Assembly (NCBI RefSeq): GCF_902459465.1
Contig: NC_047077.1
Span: 1,302,001 to 1,366,000, forward strand
Direction: 5' to 3'
Length of the DNA stretch: 64,000 nucleotides
Origin: Asterias rubens
Taxonomy: Eukaryota
Within the stretch, counting starts at the first letter, position 1. Every line of letters begins with the position of its first letter. The notes below the pieces were generated by a model. It was not told where the DNA came from and made no database searches. It saw nothing but the letters and a program-made list of their open reading frames with translations. Below are positions 35,131-47,300 of this stretch, one piece after another. Position numbers and translations under genes: made by a program.

Positions 35131-36156
35131 TAAACAAAGCCGTGATTTGAATAAAATATTTATTTCAATGTTTACTCTCTGTTAGTTATAACTTGGAATT
35201 ATAGCATACAAATTGGGAATTACTTAAAATATAGAAAAGCAAAATAGGTAAAACAATTAATGACTGATTCTTGTTACTTTAACCATAGATTATGTGCCAT
35301 GAACGTATACAAACTAAATAAGAGTACATGAAATGCAGTATACATGTAGTCCAAAGAGGTATTAAGGGCACTGTACACGTTTGGTAATTACTCAAAATTT
35401 AGCATAAAACCCTACTTGGTAACAAGCAACGGAGAGCTGTTGATAGTATAAAACATTGTGATAAACAACTACCTATGAAGTAATGTAGTGTTTGAGAAAG
35501 AGATAATTTTTTAATTAAATTTATAAAAGACTTCTGGTCAGAAGAGGCCTTTTATTCCTATCTGAAAGCACACTATTTTGTATAGCAAGGGTGTTTTTCT
35601 TTCATCATTTTCTTGCGACTCCAATCACCAATTGAGAACAAATTTTCCAGGCTCGTTATTTTATGCATAGTTGGGATACACCAAGTGAGAAGACTGGTCT
35701 TTGACAATTACCAACAGTGTCCAGTGTCTTTAAGTCACAGCAATGTCACAACAAAACCTCAAAGGATACAAATTTGCTTTAACTTTTAAACTTATAAACT
35801 GTATTAAAACTTATAAACCACAAAGGGAACTGACTAATATTTATAAACGATACAATGTTTGTGTGACCTAGAGAGGTGAGATCTTACAATGATCAGACTG
35901 TTGTAGTTTATTTGCTTTTGTCAGGGTTCCATGTTGGCACTGATATTCCACAAAACGGCAAACTGGTTCGGAAAATTGATCATGCAGGTGATTCAGAGGA
36001 AAATTTTAGAAATCTAATCCAAAGCGATTAAACTCGATAAAACATATACCATGTTTTTTTTTTACTCTGTATATTTTCTTGGTTGATGAAATGATATTAA
36101 TTTATCTGTTGCCGAAATGTTTACTACAGCCTCAATGTTATTGTGGTCCAGCATAA

Positions 36157-36346
36157 AGCCCGGTTCATACTTCATGCGAAAGCGAATGCGAAGCGAATTT
36201 GACGCTAATTTGACGTCACTACCCTCCTTTCGCAGCGATATTCGCAAGTGAGTCGAGCAGAGTTCAACTGCTGCGAATTATTCGTTGCAAATTGTGACGT
36301 CAACATTCGCTTTGCATTCACATTCGCAGGAACTATGAACCGGGCT
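36157..36346. mobile_element. PIF/Harbinger (Tourist-like) MITE inserted just 3' of the TRIM remnant
   Basis: TIR AGCCCGGTTCATA/TATGAACCGGGCT extending imperfectly for ~55 bp. TAA TSD at 36154-36156 and 36347-36349. The flanks rejoin the sequence seen 3' of the other TRIM stop codons. Confidence 0.85.
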
Positions 36347-36364
36347 TAAGGTTTGGTATTGTCT

Positions 36365-36467
36365 TTATTCATGCTGATAGATTTGAACTGATCTGTTTGT
36401 AGCCACAACCAGATCACCAGCTGGTGTGAATGTGAGACCATTGGGGGTAACACAATCCTTGATGATA
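36365..36467 (-). pseudogene. 3' remnant of a fourth TRIM-NHL gene
   Basis: Encodes IIKDCVTPNGLTFTPAGDLVVATNRSVQIYQHE*. Beyond 36467 the sequence switches to one homologous to ~20960. Confidence 0.88.
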
Positions 36468-39279
36468 GAGGTGAACTAATGTTTTATTTATTTATTTGGG
36501 GGGGGAGGAGGAGGGGGGCACTGGATGTCGAAAAACCTCCAAAAGCGAGCTCTGAAAGAGTTAACTAAATTACACTTCAGAAGTTAAACTCAATATGAAA
36601 TTGATTTCAATAAGAACTTCACAGTTTTTTTTTATTCTATTTAATTTAATCTTAACAATTGTTAATAATAATAAAAACAGTAATTACTTGCAAAAGTATA
36701 ATGTCACTCCATTACCATAAACCATTTATTGTACTGAATAGGAACGACGAGAAAAAAAAAAGACTTTAGAAAATAAAATAGAACCTTAAAAATCCACTTT
36801 AATAAAAACTGCAACAAAATAATCACAAAGACTACATGTACATTTGTACATGTAAGACTTAAAGGAACTGGAAACATTTGCTAAAATCAAAGACCATGAT
36901 TCCCACTTGTGTATTCCAACATGTGCATGAAATAATAAATCTCAGAAGTATGGACTCAATTGGTCATTGAAGTTGCAAGGAAATAAATCAACGAAAAAAC
37001 ACCCATGTTGCACAAATGCATGCTTTCAGATGCCTGAAAAAGGCTTCATTCCTGAACTGTTTCTCAGATTCAAAAATTTTAGTGAGTCATAACTTTCTTT
37101 TCAAAAATATGTTTCTGTGAGGGAGTCGTTTCTCACCATGTTTTCGCTATCAACATCTCCCCGGTGCTTGTTAAAAAAGTGTGCATTTTAGTAATAACCA
37201 AACATGTCCAGTGCTATTTAAAAGAAACTAAACTCTACAACATTTAAAACACAATTTATATGGTTCTGCTTTACAAATCTGATTTTTTGCTTTTTTAAAG
37301 GGAAGGTACACGTTTGGTAATTACTCAAGACAAACACTAACTTAAAAACTGACTTGGTAACGAGCATTAGAGAGCTGTTGATAGTATAAAACATTGTGGG
37401 AAACGACTCCCTCTGAAGTAACGTAGTTTTTGAGAAAAAGGTAATTTCTCTCTAAAATAACAAAAGACTTCTAGCCAGAAGTCTTTTATTCTTATCTGAA
37501 AGCACACAAATTCGTCCAACAAGGGTGTTTTTTCTTTGATCAATTTCTCGCAACTTCATTGACCAATTGTGCCCAAATTTTCACAGGCTTGTTGTTTTAT
37601 GGTTATAAAGGGATACACCAAGTGCGAAGACTGTCTTTGACATTTACCAAATGTGCACCTACCCTTTAAACAAATTACATTTGAGTTGTTTAGCAATGCT
37701 TCAGATACGGATATGTCAACACTTTATGTGTTCATGTAATGCGTAAATGTTGCTTCGGTGTTTTTCATGCATGTTGACAAGAGATGCTGGAGCTCATACA
37801 CATGTATGTTTGTCCAGAATGGATACTGTTTTGCTGATTTAGTTGTATTGTTGCCCTGGATTCAAAACATTTTCCCTGGTATTGCTTGTATTCATATGCA
37901 AGCAGTTGTGGTTTACAAACAGTTCCATGTGGTTAATGAACATTGTGCATTCAAACCCATATCAAATACTTGTGCAGTAAATGTATGTACGTACATGTAA
38001 TGTGCCTTGGAATAGGCCTCTGGAATTTGTTATTTCCCATCTGAACTTCTTCCTCCTTATTAGAACACCACTCTTAAAGTTACATTGTGCACTCACTTGT
38101 ACATTAGTATAATTGTACAAGTACAATTGCGTTGAGCAACATAATGTAGTGTGCTTCTTAACATTTCAAATTATTTCTGTTTGTTTGCATCAAGGTGTTG
38201 AATCTTGGTCGCAGATTGATTTTGTAATAAGAATGATTGTGAACATTAAAACTGTGGCCCAATATTATAACTTGAATTCAGCACTGACCCTTCATACCAA
38301 CTACATAAGATTTTCACTTTCAACATAATCACTTAACTACATACAGTTGTTGTTTTCATTATACATGTGTACACCTGTCAGCCTACACTTAGGCTGGACA
38401 TTTTGTAACTCAATAACCATCATTCTATTACCAGACACAACAAATTACAAAAAACACAATTGAACTTTGCAAAATGTGTTTTGGCATCATTTGTTACTGT
38501 GGAATACATACTATGAAAGATTGTATTCCTACCAAAATGTTCATTTCTTTGTGAGTTGACTGAATTTGCTTATCTGCTCAGGTTGGTTGAAATGGTTCAA
38601 TGAAATGCTTTTTTTTTCCACTTAAAAACAATTACAATTTGTATGTCAAAAATGTTATCACTCTTTCTGAAATTTATGAGAATATAAAATTGAAGATATT
38701 TTTGAAAAACTTCCACATTGTTCTCTCTTGTCAATAATGCATTAATCATCATTTTCTACTTCACTAGCCAAAACATCATATTTATAGCAAAACTTTATTT
38801 TACAAACCAATGCGTAAAAGAAACACCATAGTTTCAGTGAATTATTTAAACAAATGTTTCCTTTAAGAAACACTTATTGCATTATGAGATTATTGTCAAG
38901 CTATTATAACCATTCTCATTGATGAAGTAATAGTTGTATCATGTTTGCTTTGCACAATAACCAAAATATCAACATCCAAATTTACAAATACATCGATAAA
39001 GTTTAACTGCATTTTTTTTTTTTTGCACTGTTCCCCTAAAATAAAAAACTGGTTCATAAAATTAATCTTGGGGTTGTTCCTGAAAAACGTGGAATCCTGA
39101 ACCCAAGTGGTGAAGTATAATAATGTTTCTTTCATGTTTTGTTGTCACATATGATAGCATATCTGGTGAGTGAAATGATATTTTCGCAATATGATATTAT
39201 TATTTATTAGTTTCATGTTGTCAAATGCTTACTTCAGCTTGAATGTTATTCTGGTCCAGCATAATGTTTGTTGATGTCT

Positions 39280-41079
39280 TTACTCATGCTGATAGATATG
39301 AACTGAATTGTCTGTAGCCACAACCAGATCACCAGCAGGTGTGAATGTGATACCATTGGGATAACCACAATCCTTGATGATACATCCAATGTACTTGCCA
39401 TCAGGACTGTAATGATGGATATCACCTGATGATGGGAATGGTTCTCTCAATACAGCAACATAGATGCTACCATCCTTGTCACAACACACACCATTGGGCC
39501 ACCCAGACTGATTGATATCTACTGAGAATACCATTTCACCATTGTAGGTTACTGATACTAACTTCCTGGTCTCCCAGTTGGTGTAAATGAGTCGCTGTTT
39601 GTAGGTAGTCAAGTATCACCAATCCCTGGAGCAGACAGTCTTCTGATGAGGGATCCATCTGGTTTATGTAGAGAGATCTCTGCCTTGAAAGGATGACCCA
39701 CTTCATGACCCACTGCTATCAGATTGTTGTCATCCACTGCAATACATGATGGTTCACTGCCTGGATTGAACTGATGGAGGAGCTGATAATTCCTATTGAA
39801 GATCTTGACTGCTCCTCTATCTAGAACAATGAGCTCATCATTCTTATTCACAGTCACTCTGCTTGGTCCTGTAAGTCCTTGGATTGATAGTTCTTGTGAG
39901 ACATTATAGGATTGAGGGTTGCTCTCTGCTGGTATTGTAATCAAGCTGGTATTATCCAATCTGCCACAACAATATCACTATTAGAGTATGCAGCAACATC
40001 CCTTGCATGAATCTTCACCATCTGTTGTTTCATGTTCTTGTATTTATTCATTTTTGTTTTTAATGTCCATTTGTCTTGTTTCATGGATTGAAATGTTGGC
40101 TTTCTAGCCTGAGCAGAAGTTGCTGATTCCACTTGTTGTTCATCTTTCAGCACCAGTCTCCCTAGTGATTTCTGGCCTTCTTTAAAGTCCATATAACTCA
40201 ACCCATCGGGTACTTTTGTTGATTTCTTCTCACTGTATTCTTTGAGGTCTTGTAGGAGTTGTTCTATGTGATGTACAATCTTCATCCGTTGATCCATGAG
40301 TTGACTTACCTCATCTTGCTTGAGCTCTGCTGTGTTTATCTCTTTGCTGTTAGTAGCTCGTGCAGTTTGCATTATCTTGACTCTGTCTTTATAAATCTGT
40401 TCTGCCTCTAGCATCAGTTTCTGCTTCTCCTCTCTGATCCTGGCAGCCACCTTGGCAATCTTCTCATCAGCCTTCTTGGAGATTTTCTCTTTGGTGGCAG
40501 CAAACATAGAGTCTAGTTTCTTACGAGACGTGTCTATTTCTTGAATGGCAATGGTGAAGGTCGTGATGCTCTGTCTTACTTCTGCTAGAAGTTCTGACGC
40601 ATGTTGTTTACTTTTGTCTGAAGCTTCACTCAGTTCTATTACAGGGTGTGTTCTGTGGTCTTTTGAAATGCAAGTTGTACATATCAGTTTCTTGCATGTT
40701 TCACAATACAGGATAAGATCCTTGCCAGTATGCTTGCTACACTTGGAAACAAACTCCTGACTGGGTACTTGTTTTTCTTGCTGCTGTTTCAGTTGAGTTT
40801 CCTTTGTTTCAATTGCTTCTATCAATGAAATGGTTTTAAAGTCTGTTTTCAGACCATCAATGCCGGTTTCTTTTAAAAGAGTTTCTTTTCTACACACTGG
40901 ACATGAAAGCCTTGTAGTACTTGACTATTCTGTCTGAGTTGTTGAAGGCATTCAAGACAAAATGAATGAGAACACTCCAGTAGTTTGGGTTGCTTGAAGC
41001 GTCCACTGCAAATTGGACATTCAAGATGATCCTGACTTATTTCTGCTAGCACTGACTGAACTGTTATATTGGATGCCAT
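39280..41079 (-). pseudogene. Full-length TRIM-NHL paralogue broken by three single-base deletions (pseudogene or assembly error)
   Basis: ORF pieces 40873-41079, 39941-40897, 39609-39959 and 39280-39612 tile the 590-aa paralogue. Frameshifts at ~40922, ~39953 and ~39617. No substitution-derived stops in the reconstructed frame. Confidence 0.85.
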
Positions 41080-41760
41080 TTTGTTGGAAGTTGCTTTAGT
41101 GATGATCTGTAAAGTAAAAGAAGAAATTGACTCAATTAGATGATATCAACAATGTACATATCCCGGTAGTTCCCTCATCAATGCAAGACTTGATTTCTTG
41201 ACCATATTACACTCCTTGGCATAAAGTTAAGGATTTTTAATTTGACTGATTTCACAACAGGTCTTGATTTTTGTTCTACGTTCTATGATGACCAATCAAG
41301 TAGATAATTTACACGGTCATACTAAACTGCATGTCAATACGGGTACAGACATATCACAAGATCAAAGAAGTATAATACTGTATGCCTCTTTTGCAGGTTG
41401 CCATACTTGAGCAGGTATGTAAAGTTTGAGATGTGGGAGGGAAACCCCAATCAGGGAAAACCCATGCAATGAGGTAGGGACTGAAAACACATTCCACATG
41501 CAAGGCTTTGGGCGATGATTTGAACCAGGGTCCACAGAGGGTGAAAGACAGGGAAAGAAACCACTGAGCCAAGCTGATTTCAAATATTGCATGCACCAAT
41601 AGAAATCACAGTTTGTAAAATGATCCATGAAAATATCTTGTCTTTATTTAAGTGAAGAGAGTACTACTTTGTTTCCTTCCATGAAGGGCGCACGTCCCTA
41701 CCCCCAAGTAGATAGAAAACAGAACAACCGCCTCATGAATGTTTTTGAATATAGTTTTAA

Positions 41761-41986
41761 CCCTTTGGTGCACATGGCGCCCGCTAGCGACCACCAAAGA
41801 ACACGTCAAATTGTACTTTTATAAATAGTCATTACTTAAAAACTACAGCCCCCATACATACTGCCCTAATCAGTTTTTGTTTGGTGTGATATTCAACAGG
41901 ATGTGCTTTTGAAATTTGTTGAGAAAAACATTGTTGAACATGTTCATTTTTTTGCTGTTTGAAAAATTAATCTGTGCACCAAAGGG
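41761..41986. mobile_element. Non-autonomous piggyBac-type MITE
   Basis: TTAA|CCCTTTGGTGCACA ... TGTGCACCAAAGGG|TAAA, a 14-bp perfect TIR. The right TSD has one mismatch. Confidence 0.75.
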
Positions 41987-42092
41987 TAAATGCTGTACTC
42001 AGCAAGATATAAGCGTTGATTTTCTGTGCACATATTTAGTATTTTTAAAGCCTTCTTTAAGGGAAGTGGAAAAGACTAGTACATTCAGAATG

Positions 42093-42749
42093 TTTGTCGA
42101 AATGCATCTTACGGTATCTACAAAATTGGAAGACTGCGCCGTTATCTTGACCAGAATTCCACCGAACGCCTTGTCCATGCATTTGTATCTTCGCAGTTGG
42201 ACTATTGTAACAGCCTCCTTTAAGGTTTACCATGCAACATCCACAATTCCCCTCCAACGCATCCAAAACAGTGCAGCACGTCTAATTGTCCGAGCAAAAC
42301 TTCAAGAACACATCACACCAGTCCTTCAATCCCTTCACTGGCTTCCCATTAACAAGGGAATCACATTCAAAGTCCTCCTGCTTCTTTTCAAAGTCAGAAA
42401 TGGTCTCGCTCCTACTTATCTTCAGAACCTTATTTCTACCAAAGCCCACAGTTCTCGCAATCTTCATTCCTCTTCTACTTCCCATTTGTGTTTGTCTCCT
42501 GCACCCCGCACCCACACCCGGTAAGGCCAAGGAGCCTTCACAGTCAGCGCACCTACATCATGGAACAATCTCCTCTACATATCCGTCAGGCTTCATCTCT
42601 TGAATCCTTCAAAGCCATGTTAAATACTCATTTACTTCTTTGCTAAGCCTAGCTTTTGTAGTTTTGTATTTATTCATAGTTTTGTACAGCGCTTTGTAAC
42701 TTTTGTAAAAGGCGCTATATAAATATTATATATTATTATGATTATTATT
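42093..42749 (+). mobile_element. 5'-truncated L2/CR1-group LINE (post-RT C-terminal region and 3' tail)
   Basis: Translates with a stop and frameshift as RNASYGIYKIGRLRRYL..LVHAFVSSQLDYCNSLL*GLP..LQRIQNSAARL..HITPVLQSLHWLP..FKVLLL.FK..GLAP.YL..AFTVSAPTSWN. Ends ggcgctatataaat plus a (tta)n-like tail. Confidence 0.88.
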
Positions 42750-44323
42750 CTTTCCTATTGTTAATATTTTTGTTTTTAGTTCACGCTGACAAATTTCAGA
42801 CAATCCCAGACAATGCCCTGCACCATGGCCCCATGACCCCATGCCCCCTTTCAATGTTTGCTCTTCTGGCTCTCCTTGCACAGTCTTTGGCGCTCCCATC
42901 AACATTAAGCGAGGGGACAGTAATATAATAAAGGTCCTATATACAATTGTGACACATTTTGATAAAGACAAACTATTTTGACATTTGCATGTGATGGAGG
43001 AATTTGAAGCGATGTTTAAATATTCCTTTTTGTCCAGATTTCTTTGACTGGGTTCAGAATTGTTCAGTTGATCCTTTGTTGAGATCATATTTAAACAGAA
43101 AATTGATGGGTTAACCAGTGTGTGTTAAGAAATGGGAATAAAAGGGTAGCGACGAGTTCTGACACGGCCGTTTGAAGCCATCAGGGTCGAATTGCCGGGT
43201 GATAAAGGGCTGAGCCAAAGGCGAGGACCTTTAGCGCATTACGCGGTTACGGATAGGAAAACCTATTCGCCATTAACCGGATATTCGGATAATTCACCCA
43301 GGCCTAATAATTAGTATGTACCTACACACTGCACATGACAACTATAATTTACGTACATTTAATAACTACCCTGTATACACGTATGTATACTCAAGTATAC
43401 ACTTTGACTCTGGACTTATGGTGTACACAAATATATTGTGTTGATACACAGTAATTACCTTGTACATGTACATGTACATCATGAATATTTCCATGTCATA
43501 CGCAATAATTCTAATGTGTGTTCCCTGCAGACTTACATGTATTTAAACATGATATTGTGCAGCTATCCAAGTGAAAGAATCCTCCCAAACAAGTTGGCTA
43601 CAAACTTAACATCATACTTTAAGTTTTAAATAAAGTCCATCAAAGCTGTGTTTCGGTTGCCATCAAAGTAAAAAATACATCATCTCTGTAAAATAAGGCA
43701 CTATTTCAAAGTCTTTTGGTTGTGTACATAGAGATGCTGTGGTGTGTGAGGGTTTTGCTGTGTATATCAACTCAATTATAGTACTTGGATGAAGTCTCCT
43801 AGTTTTTATATTTGATTGTTTATACCCACTAAATTATTGCTATACCAAATTTATATCCCCAAGGCATTTTAAAATGTGAACCTTATTTTGACAAAACACA
43901 ACACATTTATAACTTACTGGTTTTTAATGAAAGAACATGGCTTGGAACATCAACTGGCATGAAACATCAAATTGTGTAGTACATTAAATTCCAACATTGA
44001 TCCGTTAGATGTTGGCACAACACACTGAATGGTTGCTTTCTGTTTATCGTTCAACGATGCCACACCAAGCCCTATGTATTTCTCATTGTGGGAATTCCCG
44101 TTTCTATATTTAGTCTTTGTGTTGAACACTGTGCTATGTGATGTATTGTCATTTACTGTACAGATACTCATACTGCAGTACACACTGACTTGACAATGAC
44201 CTTAACCTCTGACCGTTTAATACAAAACTGGGCTGTGTAATGTTTGTATTGTGAAAGAGATTGGCTGTTGCCAGCTTGGCATTTACGTCCATCCTATTGT
44301 GGGAGCTTGCAGAGTTCCCTTAA

Positions 44324-47300
44324 AACCCTAACCTTCCCCATCCATGCAAATTCCAACAGGGCAATGTGTGTGATTTTGTTTGGTTAAGTACAGTAGAGTA
44401 CACTTAAGTTTGGGCTGGGTGTTTGATTATGACTGATTGTGTATTCTAGCTGCTAAGTGATGGTGTTGAATTTCGATTGAGTGGGGAAGGTGGGCAATAT
44501 GTGTGGGCATGGTGTTGGGTTGTGTGGCTAGAGCAAATGGGCACTGGCAACTTTCTTCTTTTGTGTTGTAACATAAACAATTAGGTGATAAGGGGTGACT
44601 GGTAGTGAAGTGATGAGGGGCTTAGGGTCATGATAAGGTAGACGATTTATGTCTTACCCTTTTTTTTATTGCCATAGGTCTGACCACATGTTTGGCTTTG
44701 TAAAAAACAATGCATGATGCAGGTGGGTAGACTCTACCATTGATAAGCAGGGACTTTTAAAAGTAATTGTACGCTGTATTATTAATTCTTTTATAAAATA
44801 ATATCTTTATAATTCTTTTATGAAGTGTTATATAATCTAAGTAGTGTTTAACAATAGTTATGAATAAAAATTTAAATAACTATGGCACCATTGCCTATAA
44901 ATAAGAGGGGTTTCTGAGATTCATCACCCAGTCGAAAGTGACTACACCCAAGTCAACATGACAGCACGCGAGGCTAGAGTTCTACAGCAGAGTTTGAAAA
45001 GTGGAGAAGTGGATGATTTTGTAGAGTCCATGATGGGAAAGAAGACGAAGAGACAGCACAGGAATGAGATTGACGGAGCAGTCAAGGGAAAGAAAGATGG
45101 AGGAAGAAAGGGGAGAGACAAGGGGAAAGGAAAGGGGAAAAGCAAGCCTGTTCGCCCCAGAGAGACCAGCAGCGCAAAGATGGACCGTCTTTACAAGGAG
45201 GAGATAGCTGGGCTCCGGCAAGCCATCAGAGAGAGTGTGAAGGGGGCTGGCATGACGATGTCCAGTGGCAGATACAAGGCATTGGCCGAGACATCAGAGA
45301 GCGAGGAAGAGGAGTTCCTCAACAGGGCAGTAGCAGAGGCCAGAGGACTGTCTCCGTCTTGCCTGCAGGATGAAGAAGAGGACACGAAGGAGAGTGATAC
45401 AGAGGATGAGGAGACAGGAGAAGAGCAGGGGGAGACTGGAGAGGAAGAGACCGGGAGAAGAGAGAAGGAGACAGGAGGGGACAAGACTACAACCGAAGAG
45501 GAGGAAGGAGATGGGGAGACAGCGACTGAAGAGGGTGAGGAGACAGGAGAGGAGACAGAAGGAGATGAGTTAGATGTACCCGGACCTTCAAGTAGGCCTC
45601 CCAAACGAAAGCAGCCTCAGCCTCAGCCTCAGACGAAAAAACCAAAACTGACCAAGAAAAAGAAGAGAGTTGTAGCCCCGGATTCAGACAACGACCCGGA
45701 TCCCCCATCAGTCTACCAAGAAGACTATGCCCCTGATGAGGAAGGATGGACGAGGGCGCTGGAAGATGTCAGCATCAGGGCCTTCAAAGGGAAAAAGCCT
45801 TACGGCCCAACCTTCTCCAAGAAACAGTCCCCGTTGAAGTACTTCTTGAAGTTTTTTCCCCTGGCCCTGATCCTGTCCATCGTCACATGGACGAACATCA
45901 ATTTGAAGAAGGGCCATCTCCGTCTAACTTCACTGCAAGAGATGAAGGCATGGCTTGGCATACACATAATGATGGGCCTTGTCAAGTTAAATAACTACAA
46001 GGACTATTGGTCTTCACACCCAGGTTTACGGAACAAACTCATTTCGCAGACGATGAAGCGCAACAGATACGATGCCCTCAGCCAACACATCGCCTGCAGT
46101 AATCCTGCCAATAGTCCTGACCTCATCCGCGACAAGGCCCATCGTTATTTAGCAAAAAAGAAGAACCCACTCCACCCAATGAAGCCTGTATGGGAGAAGG
46201 TTCGACACAGGTGTCTGAAGAGCTACCTTCCACGCCGAGAGCTGACTATCGACGAAGCTATGGTGAAGTACCGAGGATTTAAAGCCAGTGTGAGAAAGTT
46301 TTTTATGCCATTGAAGCCCATTCGCACTGGCTTTAAGATCTACGTCATTGCGGAAGCAGCAACAGGTTTCTTCATCAACTTTATAATCCACCCACACGGC
46401 GCCACTCCTACAAAAATGGTAGACATAGCAATGAAGACAGCCAAACACAGCCTCGGTGTGTACCACCATCTATTTACCGACAGACTGTACACTTCAGTTT
46501 CCCTCGCCCGCACTCTCCTGGCCAAGCGCACATATTTAACCGGTGCAGTTAAATCAAACAGCAAGGGTCTACCAAAGGAATTCTCATCGTCAAAAATAAA
46601 CAACCGAAGAAAGATGAAGAAGATGAATGCCTGCCCAAGGGGAACCTTCTACACCCGACAAAACGGCCAACTCACGTCATGCCTGTGGAAGGATAGCCGA
46701 GTCATGACCCTGCTCTCCTCCGCCCACCAAGGATGGAGAGATCCAGCCACAGGCACTGTAATTCGAAAAGTCGCCAATGCAGAGGGGAGACTGCGTAAGA
46801 AGACAATCCCGGCCCCACCCCAAGCAGTCGATTACATCAAGAATATGGGAGGTGTTGACAGAGGAGACCAGTTGAGAGCGTACCACACCTGCACAAGGAA
46901 GTCTCAATTTTGGTGGGTCGGCCTGCTCTATTTCCTGGTGGATGTTGCGAGGGTTAACGCTTGGCTGTGCTACAAGCAGCACCACACCCCAGCCAACGAG
47001 AGCAGCAGTGACAGCAGTAGTGATGAAGAGGAGAAAGACGACCATAAGAAGCTCACCCACTCCAAGTTTGTCCTCTCCATCGCTACTGACCTCATCGATG
47101 GATTTGCAAGCGGAGACATTGCTCGACAACCTGCCACTCGCCCAGTCCCAGCAACCAATAGTGCAGGGCACTATTCTGTCAAGATGCCAGGGCGAAATGC
47201 TCGGTGGTGTAGGTGGTGTAGGAATAAGAACATTCTAACAAAGTCCGGCCTGCCCAAGTCTACACGGCGAGGTTGTCAGGTGTGTGGGATCAACCTGTGC

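Noticed and set aside
41916-42524. 202-aa ORF as a host gene
   Set aside because: It is a chimera of MITE sequence and a frameshifted L2 LINE fragment.
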